Both the position numbers and the translations under genes were made by a program. From Octopus vulgaris (taxonomy: Eukaryota): a stretch of 64,000 nucleotides of DNA. Shown piece after piece: positions 62,137 to 64,000 of the stretch; the stretch's first letter is position 1; every line of letters begins with the position of its first letter. The notes below the pieces were generated by a model. It did no database searches and was not told the origin of the DNA. It saw nothing but the letters and a program-made list of their open reading frames with translations. Location of the stretch: positions 47,740,001 through 47,804,000 of the forward strand of contig OX597822.1 in the NCBI GenBank assembly GCA_951406725.2, read 5' to 3'.

Positions 62137-62725
62137 GTGGCGCCTCGACTTGCTAGAAATGGCTACTATGTTCTTTTAGTTCTAAAGTAGTAATTAAAAA
62201 ATGTGGGACACATTAAATGATGTGGTTTCTATGCCTAGAAAAATATATGGAAAGACGGTTATTGCTAAAACCCTTGAAATTCTAAATCTGCTCTCTCGGG
62301 ATTAACCTGTGGCTAACAACAGCAACATTAAATTCCGCACTCTTGATGTTGTAGAAATAGCAGTCGATTCTCCGTCAAATAATATCCTACAGCCTACATA
62401 AAGGAAGGACGCATTTATTTGATAATGTAGTGTTTGGGCGAAATAGGATGGTCACAAGCGAATGCTTTTCATGATATATATCTCTGATGGATCAGCACTG
62501 AGTCTAAATAACAGCAAACATGAAATCCTGGCAACTCCGCCAACACTACTCCATCTTTACGAAAGAGAAAGCCTCTTATGCTACTGTCGTTCTACTTACT
62601 TCACTAAAAATAGCAGCCACGTTTCCATCAAATCATTCGTATAGACTTCTTTAGAGAAAGGACTCATTGTATACATAGCTGGTAGGTCTCTAGCCCATGC
62701 CCGACCTGGGGCTAAACAACAGCAA
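62137..62725 (-). repeat. Three head-to-tail units of the old ~200-bp repeat (same family as 41549-42729)
   Basis: On the + strand each unit begins with a TAGAAATAGCAGCC-like motif and ends with an ACCTGGGGCTAAACAACAGCAA-like motif. Confidence 0.65.
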
Positions 62726-64000
62726 TACCCAACAATTACACCATACAAAGAGTGTTTATTCATTCAATGTGGTGTAGTTGTAGTAGTAGTAGTAGTAGTA
62801 GTAGTAGGTCGTCTACCAGTTTATTTGTAGAAGTGGAGCAGCCGAGAGACGTAGGTTGTGGGGGTGATTGTGTTTGTTTATTGGGTCTTTCTAGGTCGTA
62901 AATTTGATTTAGGTTTTCTTGTTTTTGTTGCACTAAGACGAGTCTTTTGTGTATGGATGGAAGCGCGCGCGTATACGTACATTTATATATATATATATTA
63001 TATATATACACACACATATATATTGTGCAGATATGTGTATATATTATACATATATACACATATATTTTATATATATATATACATACATACACATATATAT
63101 ATACATACATATAATGTACAAATATTATACATTGGTATATAAATATACGTGCATGTATGTGTAAATGTGTGTGTATATGTAGAGTTACTAATATCTTTGC
63201 AATCACAGTTAACGCTTTTTACAAACCAAAACAAGGCAACCCTCCTTTTCACATATTTTTGCCGTAAAAGGCCTGACTACTATTGACAGATTGTCAGCTC
63301 TGACAGAGTAAACCAACTTTTACATATAATAGGCACGTCACTTTTTACCCCCTCTTGACAGTAAGTAGTCTTAGTGAAAGTTTGGCTGCTGTTTTTAGCA
63401 GGTCAAATAACCACGTACAGGCTCTCGCCTTGGCCTTCATTATTTGGCTGCTTTGTATTTGTTCACTCCAAGTCGCCTCTGAGCAAACAAACCTGTGATC
63501 GAAAGCGTTCCAAGCCAAACCGTTTCATCTTTTTCTGTATCCGAGGGAGACACATGGTTACTATTTTGAGCATGTCGAGCGACCATGAAGAGGTCATATA
63601 GTAATAGTAGTAGTAGTAGTAGTAGAAGACGACGTCTGTGTGAATGAGTCAGTATTATTAAGTCGACTGACTGGATTTCTGTTGATCAATAAAGCTTTAT
63701 ATAATCGTTTGAAATATAATACAATGGATCACCCCACTGAATTGTGTTGGTTGGTAACGATTTGATATTAAGAGGCATATTTTATCTTTATTAAAACAGC
63801 GTACATTCTGAGTTCAAATTTCGCCGAGATAAACTTCATCTCTTTTGGGGGTCGATAAAATACATTATCGATCAAGTGTTGTGGTTAATGTCATTGAGTT
63901 ACCCACTCCCTTCAGTATTGGTGGATTTGAACTTAATTAAAAACTTTTATTTGTTGTCAAAATGGGTAAAATAAGCACATGAACATAAGCTTTCAGTTTA

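Overview
AT-rich, repeat-dense eukaryotic DNA, almost certainly an octopus (coleoid cephalopod) genome, judged from its SINE families and extreme (TA/CA/TG) microsatellite load. Nearly all ORFs in the supplied track are microsatellite or SINE artefacts. The window appears to be the 5' end and huge first introns of one + strand gene. It has two candidate alternative first coding exons (23349-23411, MADVMIPYGFRQTMRKLWYSK; 32540-32680, MWFSPYLR...LDKYQ) and a further in-frame candidate exon (36715-36834), all ending at phase-0 donors. The peptides resemble N-termini of RalGDS/RGL-family Ral GEFs, which is an inference from memory. The rest is tRNA-derived SINEs (three families), DNA-transposon MITEs (mariner, Tigger/pogo, hAT, Helentron-type), fragments of R4/Dong, RTE and CRE non-LTR elements, and an old ~200-bp repeat in head-to-tail multimers. 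The most interesting signal is a set of minimal type-I hammerhead ribozyme motifs: six well-formed (4126, 17864, 18124, 29544(-), 43123, 57967) plus several decayed ones. They sit in short Penelope-like remnants, mostly lodged in (TA)n tracts. These include a ~190-bp non-autonomous element present twice with a non-canonical core, and one hammerhead preceded by its own inverted antisense copy.
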